Shown: in pieces, positions 25,810-37,534 of the stretch
Layout of the letters: each line of letters opens with the position of its first letter
Position numbering within the stretch: position 1 is the stretch's first letter
NCBI GenBank assembly: GCA_038087875.1
Contig: CM075982.1
Span: 37,882,001-37,946,000, forward strand
Direction: 5' to 3'
DNA length: 64,000 nt
DNA from: Malacoraja senta
Lineage: Eukaryota
Made by a program: the position numbers and the translations under genes
Notes under the pieces: generated by a model
The model's database searches: none
What the model was told of the DNA's origin: nothing
Seen by the model: the letters and a program-made list of their open reading frames with translations, nothing else

Positions 25810-28000
25810 GAACGTCTGGGCCACATTTGGAGCATTGAGTGCAGTTCTGGTCACCACAGTAATGACTGGGGCCTGGAGAGTGTTGTAGAATAGAGAGCAG
25901 AGAGAGATCAAAGGGTTCGAGTGCATGCTTCCCTGAAAGAGGTGACACCGATTAACACGATGAAGAAGGTGTATGGCATGTTTGCCTTCATCTGACCGGC
26001 CTTTGAGTACAAGAGTTGTGACATCATGTTATAGTTGTATAACGTATTGGTAAAACCGCATCTAGGATATTGTGTGCATTTATCATAAGATCATGTGATA
26101 GGAGCAGAATTAGGCCATTCGGCCCATCAAGTCTACTCCGCCATTCAATCATGGCTGATCTAACTCTCCATCCTAACCCCATTCTTCTGCCTTCTCCCCA
26201 TAACCTCTGACACCCATACTAACCAAGAATCTATCTATCTATCCACTGACTTGGCCTCCACAGTTCTGATCACTTTACCAAAGAAGGATGTCGGAAGTTT
26301 GAAAGGAGTCAGAAAAGATTCACAAGGTGTTGTTGGGACTGGAGGCTTTGAGTTATAAGACAAGATACGCTGGGACTGTTTTCCCAGAGCAAAGGAGGAT
26401 GAGGGGTGACGTTATAGAAGGTCAGGCCCCAATCATTATAAAACCATGAGGGGGCATAAATAAGGTGGATGGCCACACTCTTTTTCTGAGGGGAGGAGAG
26501 TCTAAAACAAGAGGGTATAGGTTTACTGTGAGAGGGGAACATTTTAAATGGGACCTGAGGGGCAAGTTTTTCACAAGGACAAAGGAGGAAATTTATGTGT
26601 GGTGCCAGCGGAAATGGATGAGGTCCTTGAAAGCAATTGTATTGCTTTTCACAAAGTAGTTGGGGGTCGATTATGTCGCGATCAGAGATGGTTAAGTTGA
26701 TATTCTAAAGCATGTTGATATTAAGCAGGGGGGAGGGTGTCTTAAAAAGCATTCAGATGGGTAAGTTTCCAGGTCCTGATGTGATCTATCCCAGGACACT
26801 GAGGGAAGCAAGAGGGCAGATTGCTGACGCCGAGACAGATATCTTTGTATCCTCTTTAGATACAGGTGAGTTCCCAGAAGACTGGAAAATAACCAATGAC
26901 GTTACCCCGTTTGAAAAAGGGAACACTGAGAAAACCAGGAAATTATTCGCTGGTAATCCTTACATCAATGGCGACGCATTTTGGTAGGTCAAAGCAAGAG
27001 GAACGTTTACAGTAAATGGCAGGACTCTTAGGAACACTGACATTTAGAGGGATCTTGGGGTGAAAGACCACAATTCCTTATAAGTGGTGACACAAGTAAA
27101 TGAAGAAGATGTGTGGCATCCTTGCCTTCCTTGAATATAAATGTTGGGGTCAGCTTTGGTTCGGTCACATCTGGAGTATTGTGTGTAATTCTGATCAACA
27201 CACTAACTAAAGGATACAGTGGCTTTGGAGAGGGTGCAGAGGAGTTTCACTAGGATGTTGTCTGGAATGGAGTGTATTATGGATTGCACATTATGGAAGT
27301 TGGGGGGAGGGGGGGGGGGGGGGGGGAAGAAGCCAAGACATCTGTGCATGTGTCAAAAAACATGTTTATTTACTTTTTTTCACAAATTCAATGAGAGGAA
27401 ATTTTATTCTGTATCTCACACTTTTCAGTATTAATTTGTGAATTCTGTAAGAATGAATTTCTGTTACTTGAATGACTGTAACACAGTGATCACCTGCATG
27501 AGCTGTAAGGGAAGATTAGACAAACTTGGACACAAAGTGCTGGAGTAACTCAATGGGTCAGACAGCATCTCTGGAGAACATGGATAGGCAACGATTCGGG
27601 TCAGGGGTATTTGACAATCTTGGATTATTTTCTCTGGGGAATTGGCAGCTGAGGAGGCATCTGATACAAGTTTATAAAATGATGAGAACCAAAGATAGGT
27701 TAAATAGTCAGAGTGCTTTTCCAAAAGTGGAGATTTCAAATGCAAGAGGGTACAGGTTTAGGTACAGGTGAAAAGGGTAATGTTTTTTTTTTAACATAGA
27801 GAGTGGTACATGCCTGGAATGTGCTGTCAGGAGAGGTGGTGGAAGTAGACAAGATGGCAATGTTTAAGAGGCATTTAGAGAGACACATCAACAGACAAGG
27901 ATTAGATCGATGCAGATCATGTGTAGGCAGATGAGGTTCGTTAGATTAGCTTCAGGGTAGGTACAGACATGGTGCATCAAAGGGCCTGTTCCTGTGCATA
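25810..28000 (+). mobile_element. Cluster of nested, decayed CR1 fragments
   Basis: Several PHLEYCVQFWSP-like and ERVQRxFTRML-like segments; an inverted CR1 tail at ~26085-26260. Confidence 0.7.
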
Positions 28001-28945
28001 CTGATATAATGGTAAGAAGCCAGTACATAACAAAGCATAACACAAAGTGCTGCAGGAACTTAGTGAGTCAGGCACCATCTAGGAGAGGAATAGACAAGTG
28101 ACTTTTCAGGTCAGGACCCTTCTTCAGATTAAATCAACCCAAATTGGTGTCTGTCCATTCCCTCCCCAGGTGCTGCTTGACCCACTGAGTTCTTCCAGCA
28201 CTTTGTGTTTTGCTCAAGATTTCACCATCTTCAATCTCTTGTGTATATCTATATAATAAATCATGTTCTTCATGCACTAATACATGAAATGCCTCAAGTT
28301 AAATACTGGTGGAGCAAGCAATTCAAAAGGTGACAGGCCTAATGGTTTTTATTTTAAAGAATCTGGGATGTTGATAAAAAAAATCTTGCTCAGGTCCTCT
28401 TGGACTTAGATTAGACCAAATGGGACAGAGCCTTGGTGAGACCACTGGACCATGTGCATTCTTGGTTTCCATATCTATGAAAGAACAAATTTGTCTTGGG
28501 GCAGTGCGGTTTACACATACTAGGCTGAAGGCTATACTTCAAGCACAGATTACTTAATTGAGAAGGAAGTGGGATAGTCTCCTGGGAACGTACAACATTT
28601 TGAAAACTGTTCACAATGCACAAGTTGAAAGGTAATTCCCTCAGAGTGGAGACAAGAACCAGGGTAATTTCTCTGGATAAGGGGGTCAACCATGTACAAC
28701 TGAGTTGAGGAAAACTTGCTTTTCACCAAGGGTTGTTAATTGCAACTCATGTTACAATTAGTCAATGGACGGTATGGTATATTGTCACAATCTAACATAT
28801 GTTGTAATCTAATACAATCATCTGTTTTATACCTCCAGGCTCAACCAGTTTAACCCCTTCCTGGCCAGCTTCCTAATCTAACATTAGAATCCATATTCCA
28901 ATCCAATGGCACAGTGTACTGCTGTTAAACAAAATTACAGCTTAA

Positions 28946-29379
28946 AGGGGCTGTCCCACTTCAGAGACCTAATTGGCGAGTTTGGAAGAGTTTAGGAGAG
29001 TTTGAAAAAGTGCCATGTTGAAGACCTCCTTCGACTATGTAGAAGACCTCCTTCGACTATGTTGAAGACTATCTACGACTACCTTCGACTACCCTCGATT
29101 AACTACGAATAACATGCCGACCTACTACGACCTACTTGGACTAAACCTACCAGTAAAAAAATATAGATTTTTTCCATGGCGACCTTTTTTTACTCGCGGG
29201 CATTTTTCAGCATGTTAAAAAATACCCAGCTGAGGCCGCGAGTACGCGGGGACTACTCTCGAGCATGAAGGAGAGTTACAAAGACCTCCTAGGACCTCGT
29301 GTCGACCATGCTGCGAGTATGAGTCGAGGGCAAATTCTTCTAAACTCGCCAATTAGGTCGCCACAGTGGGACAGCCCCT
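28946..29379. mobile_element. MITE with ~48-bp TIRs (Harbinger/PIF- or Kolobok-like)
   Basis: AGGGGCTGTCCCACT...GACCTAATTGGCGAGTTT at the left and its reverse complement at the right; flanks TTAA / TTAC; internal GAAGACCTCCTTCGACTATGT repeats. Confidence 0.85.
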
Positions 29380-29404
29380 TTACACTACAATCTTCACTGC
29401 TTTT

Positions 29405-30273
29405 TCAATTCAATTCAATTTATTTGTCTTTTGGACAAATTTGTCATTTGGACCCCTTGAGGTCCAAACGAAATGTCATTTCTGCAGCCATACAATACAA
29501 AACGAAGAAGACCCGAGACACAATACAATTTACACATACATCCATCACAACGCTGTGATGGAAGGCAAAAAAAAAAACCGTATCTCTCCACTGCACTCCC
29601 CCCCCCCCCCCCCCCGATGTCAGAGTCAAAGTCAAAGCCCCCGGCGGGCGATGGTGATTATCCCGCGGCCATTAAAGCCACGCCGGGTGATGCAAGGTCG
29701 CGCACCGGGTCTTGGTGTTAGAGCCCCGGCGCGCGCCCGCAAAGTTTGGCGGCCATTCCAAGCCGCGCGGGGGGATAAAGCCCCGCTCCAGGTGCTCTTC
29801 AACCCCGCAACTCGGGCGGGAGAAGTCGCCGCTGCGGAAGCCCCGAAAAGCGGTCTCCCACCAGGGACCTGCGGGCTTCAAGTGTTGCCGTCCGCCAGAC
29901 CCGCGGTTGTAGCCTCCGAATCTCCGGGGGTCGGGTCGCAGCAGCGCTCCACCACAGCTCCACCCGCTCCGGACTCGGCCAGCCCCGCGACGGTGAGTAG
30001 TCCGCAGCTCCACAACTGGAGCCCCAGGTCGTTCCTGCTGGAGGCCGCTCCACGTTGCCCAGCCCCAACGACAACGGAGACCCGACAAAGAAAAGGTCGG
30101 GTCTCCCGTGCAGGGGAAAGATTTCAAAGTTCCCCCCCCCCACCCCCACCCCCCCACACACATACCCCGACAAAAAAATAAAAATAAAAAACTACATAAA
30201 AACGAGACAAAAATAATAAAAAGACAGACGGACTGCAGAGGCCGCTGCAAACGAAAGTCGCGCCGCCCACCAA
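29405..30273 (-). mobile_element. GC-rich non-autonomous retroelement, near full length
   Basis: Homologous to 11420-11835 and 62161-63757; (TTGAA)n tail. Confidence 0.7.
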
Positions 30274-30517
30274 CTAATACTCAAATGTAGATGAGAAACT
30301 AACATTGTGGTTTACATTACAAACTGCAGTCCAATATTATCATGCATATTATGACTCAACAACAACCTGATTTATATAATCCCTCTAATATAGTAAAATA
30401 TTCCCCGCACACCAAAGAAAATCCCACACTTAGCCAGAAAGGATGATGACACAGACGACAAAAAGTCTGGTCAAAAAGGGAAAACTGGGACAGTTGGAGA
30501 GGTTTAGGACATAATTC

Positions 30518-30571
30518 GGGGTGGAAGATTGCAACCTTCACGTGGTCTGCCCTGTTTTGACTAATGCAATC
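30518..30571 (+). ncRNA. Minimal HDV-like self-cleaving ribozyme (predicted)
   Basis: P1 GGGGUGG/CUGCCCU (G1-U wobble); P2 GAUUGCA/UGCAAUC; P3 ACC/GGU; L3 UUCACGU; G for P1.1; very short P4; J4/2 CUAA with candidate catalytic C at 30561. Confidence 0.8.
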
Positions 30572-30651
30572 AACTCGACGTGCACAAACGGAAGATCAAA
30601 TAGAACAAGTTGTCCAACAACTTTAGGCTGTGCACGCCACACGAAAGAAGA
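30518..30651 (+). mobile_element. Short retroposon with 5' HDV-like ribozyme fold, copy 2 (intact core)
   Basis: 12-bp TSD AGGACATAATTC (30506-30517 / 30652-30663); (GAA)n tail. Confidence 0.87.
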
Positions 30652-31189
30652 AGGACATAATTCCAGAGCATGGATGAGAGAACTGAAGGTGGAGACACAA
30701 TTTATAGGAGATATGAAAACTAGGAATGTGTGGGTGGCCATTAATGAGGAGGTCAGATATCTCAGAGGGCAGAGAGAAACTTTCAGCCAAGGGAGAGGCG
30801 AAGTCAGGAAGGGAATATGAGATAGCGATGGCAGTTTTAGAATGGAGATGTTGTCGGATATGGAGCCAAATTCTCATAGAACGCATCATATTTTCCGAAA
30901 GTCGCCTTGGGAATATCTGAGGAGCATTTTCCCAGTCTATACAGCAGTCTCTCAGCAGGTCAGGCAGCATGTGTGGAGAGAGTAGTAGTTAATGCTTCAA
31001 GTCCAGTCCAGTCCAGTCCAGGGTCAGAGACAGAGAGAGAAGCGGCGCGATTCCAGCGCCAGCCGCTGGAAGGCGCTAGTTCTCGCAGTCGGACGGATTT
31101 GGAGGTTGCACTGTTTCAATACCGTCCGGTCCGGGTTCTCCCTCCTTTCTCTTCCCCCAGAAGAAGGAGGCGGGGGCCGGAGCCTGGAG

Positions 31190-31357
31190 CCCGTTGCTCA
31201 CGCCAGGCCGGGGCCCGCTGCTCACGCCAGGCCGGGGCTCGCTGCTGACGCCAGGCCGGGGCCCGCTGCTGACGCCAGGCCGGGGCTCGCTGCTGACGCC
31301 AGGCCGGGGCCCGTTGCTGACGCCAGGCCGGGGCTCGCTGCTGACGCCAGGCCGGGG
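31190..31357 (+). repeat. 24-bp GC-rich VNTR, 7 copies
   Basis: Unit CYCGYTGCTSACGCCAGGCCGGGG; units 2-7 alternate CCC/CTC. Confidence 0.95.
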
Positions 31358-31390
31358 CTCGGCAGATAGTGAGTGAGGCGCGACGCCGCC

Positions 31391-31513
31391 ATGGCGACCC
31401 GCAGCCTGACGGAGCCGTTCGTGCTGATGCGCAACCGAGCGGTCCAGAGCCGGCATCTGCAGGCCGAGCAAGTGAGTAGAGAGCCGGATGCGGCCCTGGG
31501 CCACGGCGCTGTG
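31391..31513 (+). CDS. STX16: STX16 exon 1 coding part (alternative donors after 31471 and 31513)
   Basis: MATRSLTEPFVLMRNRAVQSRHLQAEQ|gtgagt or extended by VSREPDAALGHGAV|gtgagt; syntaxin-16 N-peptide with conserved Phe10. Confidence 0.93.
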
Positions 31514-31619
31514 GTGAGTCCCCGTCAGAGTGCCGTGAACTGCGGGAGAGGAGCAGCAACTCGGGCCGGCACGACTGGAGCAGCAATGACTGCCTGACCA
31601 GGGTCTGGGCTTAACATAG

Positions 31620-32480
31620 ACCAATCTATCCACAGACAAAATGTGTAGGAGGGAACTGCAGACGCTGTCTAATCTATTCACACAGTCAAGTTGTGGTTTA
31701 CACGATAGATGCACATCCACTGGGTTATTGAAGATCAATCTATCCAGAATGCCAGAGTTCACAATATCAATGTATCCGCACAGTCAGGCCTGAGGGGTTA
31801 TTATATATCAATATAAATTCAAAGTCAGGGCTCTGATATCATTATATCCACAGTTAACCCCCTGGGGTTACAAGGTAATATATCCGTGGTGACTGTTTTG
31901 GGGTTATTATGGATCAATATATTCACAGTCAGGGCTCTAGGGTTATATATAACTATCCCGAGAGTTAGGCCTCTGGGGCTGTTATACATACATCAGTATA
32001 TTCACTGTGATAAGGGTTTGTAATTATTAAATATCACTATAACCAGGGGGTGGGAGATTGCAACCTTCATGTCGTCTGCCCTGTTTTGATGAATGCAATC
32101 AACCTGTCATGCACGATCAAATAGAATCAAATAGATCAAGTTGTCCTACAACTTTAGGCTGTGCACGCCATACACAAGAAGAAGACTATAACCAGGGGAT
32201 TCTATTGGAGTAGTAAGCTGTCGTCCAGGTGCATTGTGCATGTGTTGTGATATATAGTAAATCCAGGTCACTGACGGTACTGTTGATGTACTGATATATC
32301 ATCCATGTGAAATTCTGTTCCATTCCCAGGGTCAGGGCTCTGGTGTGCCTGTATATCAGTATATCATTGCGTTGGTGCACAGGGGTTATTTTTAATCAAA
32401 GTATGCACAGGAACAATGCACATGGACACGTTGGTACACCAACAGTTCTGTGACCTGGGTTTACTATATATCATTTATGG
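31620..32480 (+). repeat. Degenerate AT-rich tandem repeat in STX16 intron 1
   Basis: Recurrent GGGGTTATTATATATCAATATATTCACAGTCAGGGCTCT-like units. Confidence 0.6.
32047..32184 (+). mobile_element. Short retroposon with 5' HDV-like ribozyme fold, copy 3 (core mutated)
   Basis: TSD ACTATAACCAG (32036-32046 / 32185-32195); L3 UUCAUGU, P3 3' strand CGU, J4/2 UGAA (candidate catalytic C replaced by T). Confidence 0.85.
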
Positions 32481-34530
32481 CCAACTGCAGTTGGGACTGT
32501 GAAATGCTACCAAAACTTGGCGACTCTTGCATATAGACTCAGTGGACTGTTTCTAGGTATTTTGTGCTAATTCTACTTGTGTAAGGCAATAATCTTGCTG
32601 GTCTGCATGCCGAAAAAGAATTTCACTGTACCTTTGTACACGTGATAATAAAGCAACCATTGAACCACTGAATATCAGAATAGCCACATGGTCTGGACTC
32701 TGGGATTATTATGTATTCCGTTATTGTATGCATATACATATATGTATATATATATATATCTTCAGGCCCAGGGTTTTGGGGATTATTGTGTTGGCTATAG
32801 TGGTAGCACATTTTTTAGCGGTTGAATTACCAGACTAATAATCTGGTTACTTGGTTATCTAGTGACCCATGTTCCAAACCAACTCTGCCAGTTGTGGAAT
32901 TTAAATTTAGTTAATAACATAGATTTTTTTAAAGGTTTCAGGAATTATTAGCTTGTTGTAAATATCCTTTAGGAGAGGAAATCTGTCATATTTCCCATTC
33001 TAACCGCTTTGTGGCTCTAGTGACGTTGACGATTAAATACCCTCTGAAATGGCCTCGCCAACCTGTTAATTTTAGAGCAATGAGACAGCCTTGCCCCTCA
33101 TCTGTCATTTTACAGCCACTTGCAGCCAAAATGCACATTATTGCTTCGCAATTCACTTGTGTGCATTTGCAGCACTTTCATACATCAGCAGTGCATGCCA
33201 TTAATATCAGTGTGTACATTCAGAGTAACAAACAATGCTAATTATGAGTTAATGGACACATTTAAAAGGAATAATTCATAAAACAAAAGTATTGTTTATG
33301 TGCCAATTTATATCATTTTACAGAATTATCCCACATTAGGAAAATAAAGACCAATCTGTTATTGCTCTTTCACCCCTTTGAACTTCAACTGTCATGTATT
33401 GCCTCCTTTCAATCTTTTCCAAATCTATTTTAATGTACAGTTTTGCTTACCTACCTGCCTATTTCACCAACAGCCACATATACACATGGAAAGTCAAAGG
33501 GTGTGCAGGAATGTGGCTGAAAAATTGTCCAATTATATATATATGCATTGCACTAACAAGGATTTAACCTCTCCATTAGTTTTGATAAAAGGTAATTGAC
33601 CTGAAAGGTTAATCCTACTTTGGTGTCTTCAGATGCAGACTGACCCAATGAGTAGTTGCAATATTTACAATTTCACTTCCTTTCCCATTTCTACCAGGAC
33701 TTTATCTACTCCTTCCACATCCATGACTTGGTGGTTGGAGGGCACGATGCCGTTATACAATGTGTAGCTATCAGGCTCTCTTGAGTGACATTGAAGAACT
33801 TGATATCCCCTTATGGGGTAGGTGGGCATTGTAGATGTCTCATCTCTCTACATTTGAGACCAAATATTTGCACAGTGAAGCCTTCACGTTCAGTTGAAAC
33901 CTTGACTAATATTTGGTCACTCGCTGTTTCTCGCAATCCCAGTATTTTTCTGCCTTTGGTAGTTCTCCATGGCAATGAAAATCCTGCTGGGAGCCTGATG
34001 TGCAGTTGGGACACATCAGAACCCTGAGAAACGGATTGGGATTGACTCAGATCTGGAGGGGTGGAAATCCTAACACATCATCAGGCCTCTGTCTCCTTCT
34101 CATTACCAGGTGACTATCCTGTGCAGTTCTTTAATACATTAAAATTATTTCATTGCTAAATTTAATTTCAAAAATTGTATTTGAGTAGTTTCTAATTTGA
34201 AGCAATTTGGGGGAAAGTTGTCATTATTTGCTAATAATAAATGTGCGCATAGGCACCGGTTGCTGATTGCACCGGCCTCTGCATGTGTTCTTTTGAGCTT
34301 TGCAGCTGACGATAAAAGAGACATCTCTCTCCCTTGGTTTATGATGTTGTGATGCAATATTCTTCGCAGTCTATCATTGAGATGGTACGATTGTAGTTGG
34401 ATCGATAGTTTTGCAAATGTGTTATTTCTAATGCAGACAAAAGTAAGGAGCCAGACGATAAGGGTACTGTGTGGAATGTAGTAGGTGAGAAAGGGATGAG
34501 GAAGCGTATCAAAGTGGTGCTTAGAAATTG

Positions 34531-34659
34531 TGCAGGAAGGAACTGCAGATGCTGGTTTACACTGAAGATAGGCACAAAAGGCTGGAATAACTCAGCGAGA
34601 TGGGCAGCATCTCTGGAGAGAAGGAATGGATGACGTTTCAGGTCGAGACCCTTCTTCAG
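34531..34659 (-). mobile_element. Short Penelope-type element beginning at a hammerhead core
   Basis: 18-bp TSD AGTGGTGCTTAGAAATTG (34513-34530 / 34660-34677); minus strand begins CTGAAGA AGGGTCTCGACCT GAAACGTC. Confidence 0.8.
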
Positions 34660-36049
34660 AGTGGTGCTTAGAAATTGCTTGAATCTTGAAATGTTTATTA
34701 GTAATGGAGACAGCATGTTTTGCACAGCATGACAAATTGTGAATGGAATGGACTTAACTGAATTTGATTGAGTGTTTGCAGCAGAGGAATGTGTTGTTTT
34801 TATATTATGGATCTGCAAGGTGAATTCAGATTTGTATTTGTCTCTTTTGAAATGTATGGCCAACCTCCTATCTCATAGCTAATCATCCCAGTGCTGGCAT
34901 CACAATAATATGACTTCCCTTAGGGTGGGTATTGTGCTTGATGTTGGAACCAGATTGTTGTCATGTCTCAGGCAGGGTTTTCCTTGGATTGATATTAAGA
35001 TAAGTATTAGATAAGTCTGGCAGTGGGCGAGGCTAGGGCAAGGCTTGATGGAGGAACTCCCTGTTTGCTCATCAATGAAGTGGGATGATGATTTTGTTTA
35101 TCTGAGCAGCTGAGAATAAATAACGTCGGAAAGCCATCATGTTAACATTACATGGTATCTGATGCTAGATGTGCTGGTCATCTAGCCAATTCAGATAAAC
35201 GGTGATTTTACAAATGGATTATCCATTTACTTGCTGTATTTGCAATTAAAAGGAATTGGAACCTCACTCTCTGCAGTTGAGCTTTAATTTTCTGAACAGA
35301 CGCTGTCTAACTCCATTTGTATAACAATACCAGGCAAAATATAGGGTTATCTTTCTTAACTTAAATTGTCTACAAATTAGAAAGCATTAAGTAACTGTAT
35401 GCTAAGAGGTTAACAAGAATATAATTATTATTACCACAAAGTGCATCCAGTATTTTGAGTTTTAATTTCAGTTTTGGTTTTATCTCGATCACTTGGCTGC
35501 AAATCTGCTAACAGCCATGATCCACTTGTGAACCAGAGGGGTGAGTTCCAGTAATGAGGTGAGAGTGACTATTCTTGGCATCAATGTAGCATTAATCCGA
35601 GTGCAGATTCAAGTAGCTCTAGTGAAATTTAAGTCCAAGGGGAATTGTTTTTTTCCATTGGCTGCATCTGACACGGGACGATTATTGTGGTTGTTTGGAG
35701 GTCAGTCATCTCAGCCCCTGGGCATCGCTGCAGCAAGTCCATCGGCTGTAGTGACAATTGGGGTCCAACCCATTGTCAATTGTCACACAGTAAAGCTGAA
35801 CAAAAACTGCCTCTTCTGCTCACAATTCCACGTTGATTATTAAGAACACATCCAGCTTCCCTCCCGCATCACGTTAGATATGGGGATTAGATATGGAAGT
35901 TTTCTGCCAAGAACTGAACAACGTTCAATTCCAAATAACATTTGCACCCCAGTGCCAGGCAGTGACTGAAAAGAAAAGAACCTATAACGCTGACGTAAAT
36001 ATATTGCAGCCTGGAGAGTCAGAGGCCGAGGGGTGATGAGAGAATTTTA

Positions 36050-36795
36050 AAGGTTTCAAAGGTCTTTTATTGTCACGTGTACCAATTAAGGTACAGTGAT
36101 ATGCGAATTACCATACAGCCATACTAAATAAAAGCAACAAGACACATAACTACATAAAAGTTAACATAAACATCCACCACAGTGGATTCCCACATTCCTC
36201 ACTGTAATGGAAGGCAATACATAATCATCTTCCCTCAATTTTCTCCTGCGGTCGGGGCAGTTGAACCATCCGTCGGGGCGATCGAAGCTCCCGCAGCCGG
36301 CAGTCAAAGCCCTCCCACGTCGGGGAGATCAAAGCTCCCGCATCGGGGCAATCGAAGCCCCCCATATAGGGCGGTCAAAGCTCCTGCGGCTTGGAGTTTT
36401 AGATCTCGGTCTCTTAAGTAGAGACCGAGAGCTCCACGATATTAAAGTCCGCAGGCTCCCGCAGTTGGAGCCCAGGGGTCGATCCCTGGCTAAGGGATCG
36501 TGGGCTCCACGCTAGTAAGTCCACACGCTTCCATGGTGGAGCGCTCGAAGTTGGTCTCCAGCAAAGGCCGCCAACTTCTCGCTGTTAGGCCGCATTGCGG
36601 ACGGAGATACGATATGGGAAAAAATCGCATATCCATCGAGGTAAGAGATTAGCAAACGTTTCCCCCAACCCCCTCCCCCCATCCCACACATAAAACAAGC
36701 TAAAGAACACTAAAAACATACATTTAACACATACTACAAAAACAACAAAGGTACAGACAGACTGTTGACGAGGCAGCCATTGCTGGCGCCTCCCG
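36050..36795 (-). mobile_element. GC-rich non-autonomous retroelement, related family
   Basis: Rex1-like tail (TTTATTGTCACGTGTACC); internal short repeats GGGGCGATCGAAGCTCCC. Confidence 0.6.
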
Positions 36796-37534
36796 GTGGG
36801 GCATAGATAGAATTATAAGGGGCATAGATAGGGTACACGGTCAGAATCTTTTTCCCAGGGTGACTGTGTAAAATGCTAGCTTTAAAATGTGAGGAGGAAA
36901 GTTTAAAGGAGATTTGTGGAGCACATGTTTTAAACAGACTGATGTCCAGAATGCAATGCCGGGAGTGATGCTGGAAGCAGATTCACTTGGGAGTGTTTAG
37001 GAGGCTTCTAGAAAGGCACATGAATATGCATGGAGTGGAGATATATATATATATTATATATATGTACAGGCATAAGGGATTAGTTTAATTGGGTATCATC
37101 TTCGTCACAGACATCATGAGACAAGGGCAGTATCCTGTGCTTTACTCTTCTATACATGACAATATATATACGTGACAATATAAAGAACCACTATTATGTT
37201 CTATATAAATGCTGGAATTCTCTGCCAACACTCCGATGTGTGCTTTCATCAAAAAGACAGCTGTGGTTCAAGTAGATGACTGCCATGTCTAAATGTCAGC
37301 CTGTTGGTGATGCTCACATCCTAAAACAGAATTAAAATATAATTTAACCAAGTTCTGCAAACAACTGTATACATTACCGGTCTTAATAACGTCAGAACAC
37401 AAAATGGTGAAAATATTCAACAGGACAGAAACCATTACAAGTAGGAAATGGACACTTTGGAGATGGTCAGAAGTGTTTTTTACCAGAATACTGCTGGATT
37501 AGAGAATATTAGTTATAATATCCCTAGAAGCCCT

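Larger units (their letters stand above)
31040..31600 (+). promoter_or_regulatory. CpG island: STX16 promoter / 5' UTR / exon 1
   Basis: CpG-dense segment not matching the TE families in the window, surrounding an ATG in perfect Kozak context (GCCGCCATGG). Confidence 0.8.

Noticed and set aside
29366-30250. 271-aa and 192-aa Pro/Arg-rich ORFs
   Set aside because: Lie within a GC-rich interspersed repeat; frames are not preserved in the other copies
30907-31762. Overlapping long ORFs around the STX16 start
   Set aside because: Produced by the stop-poor 24-bp GC-rich VNTR; only the frame from ATG 31391 has homology
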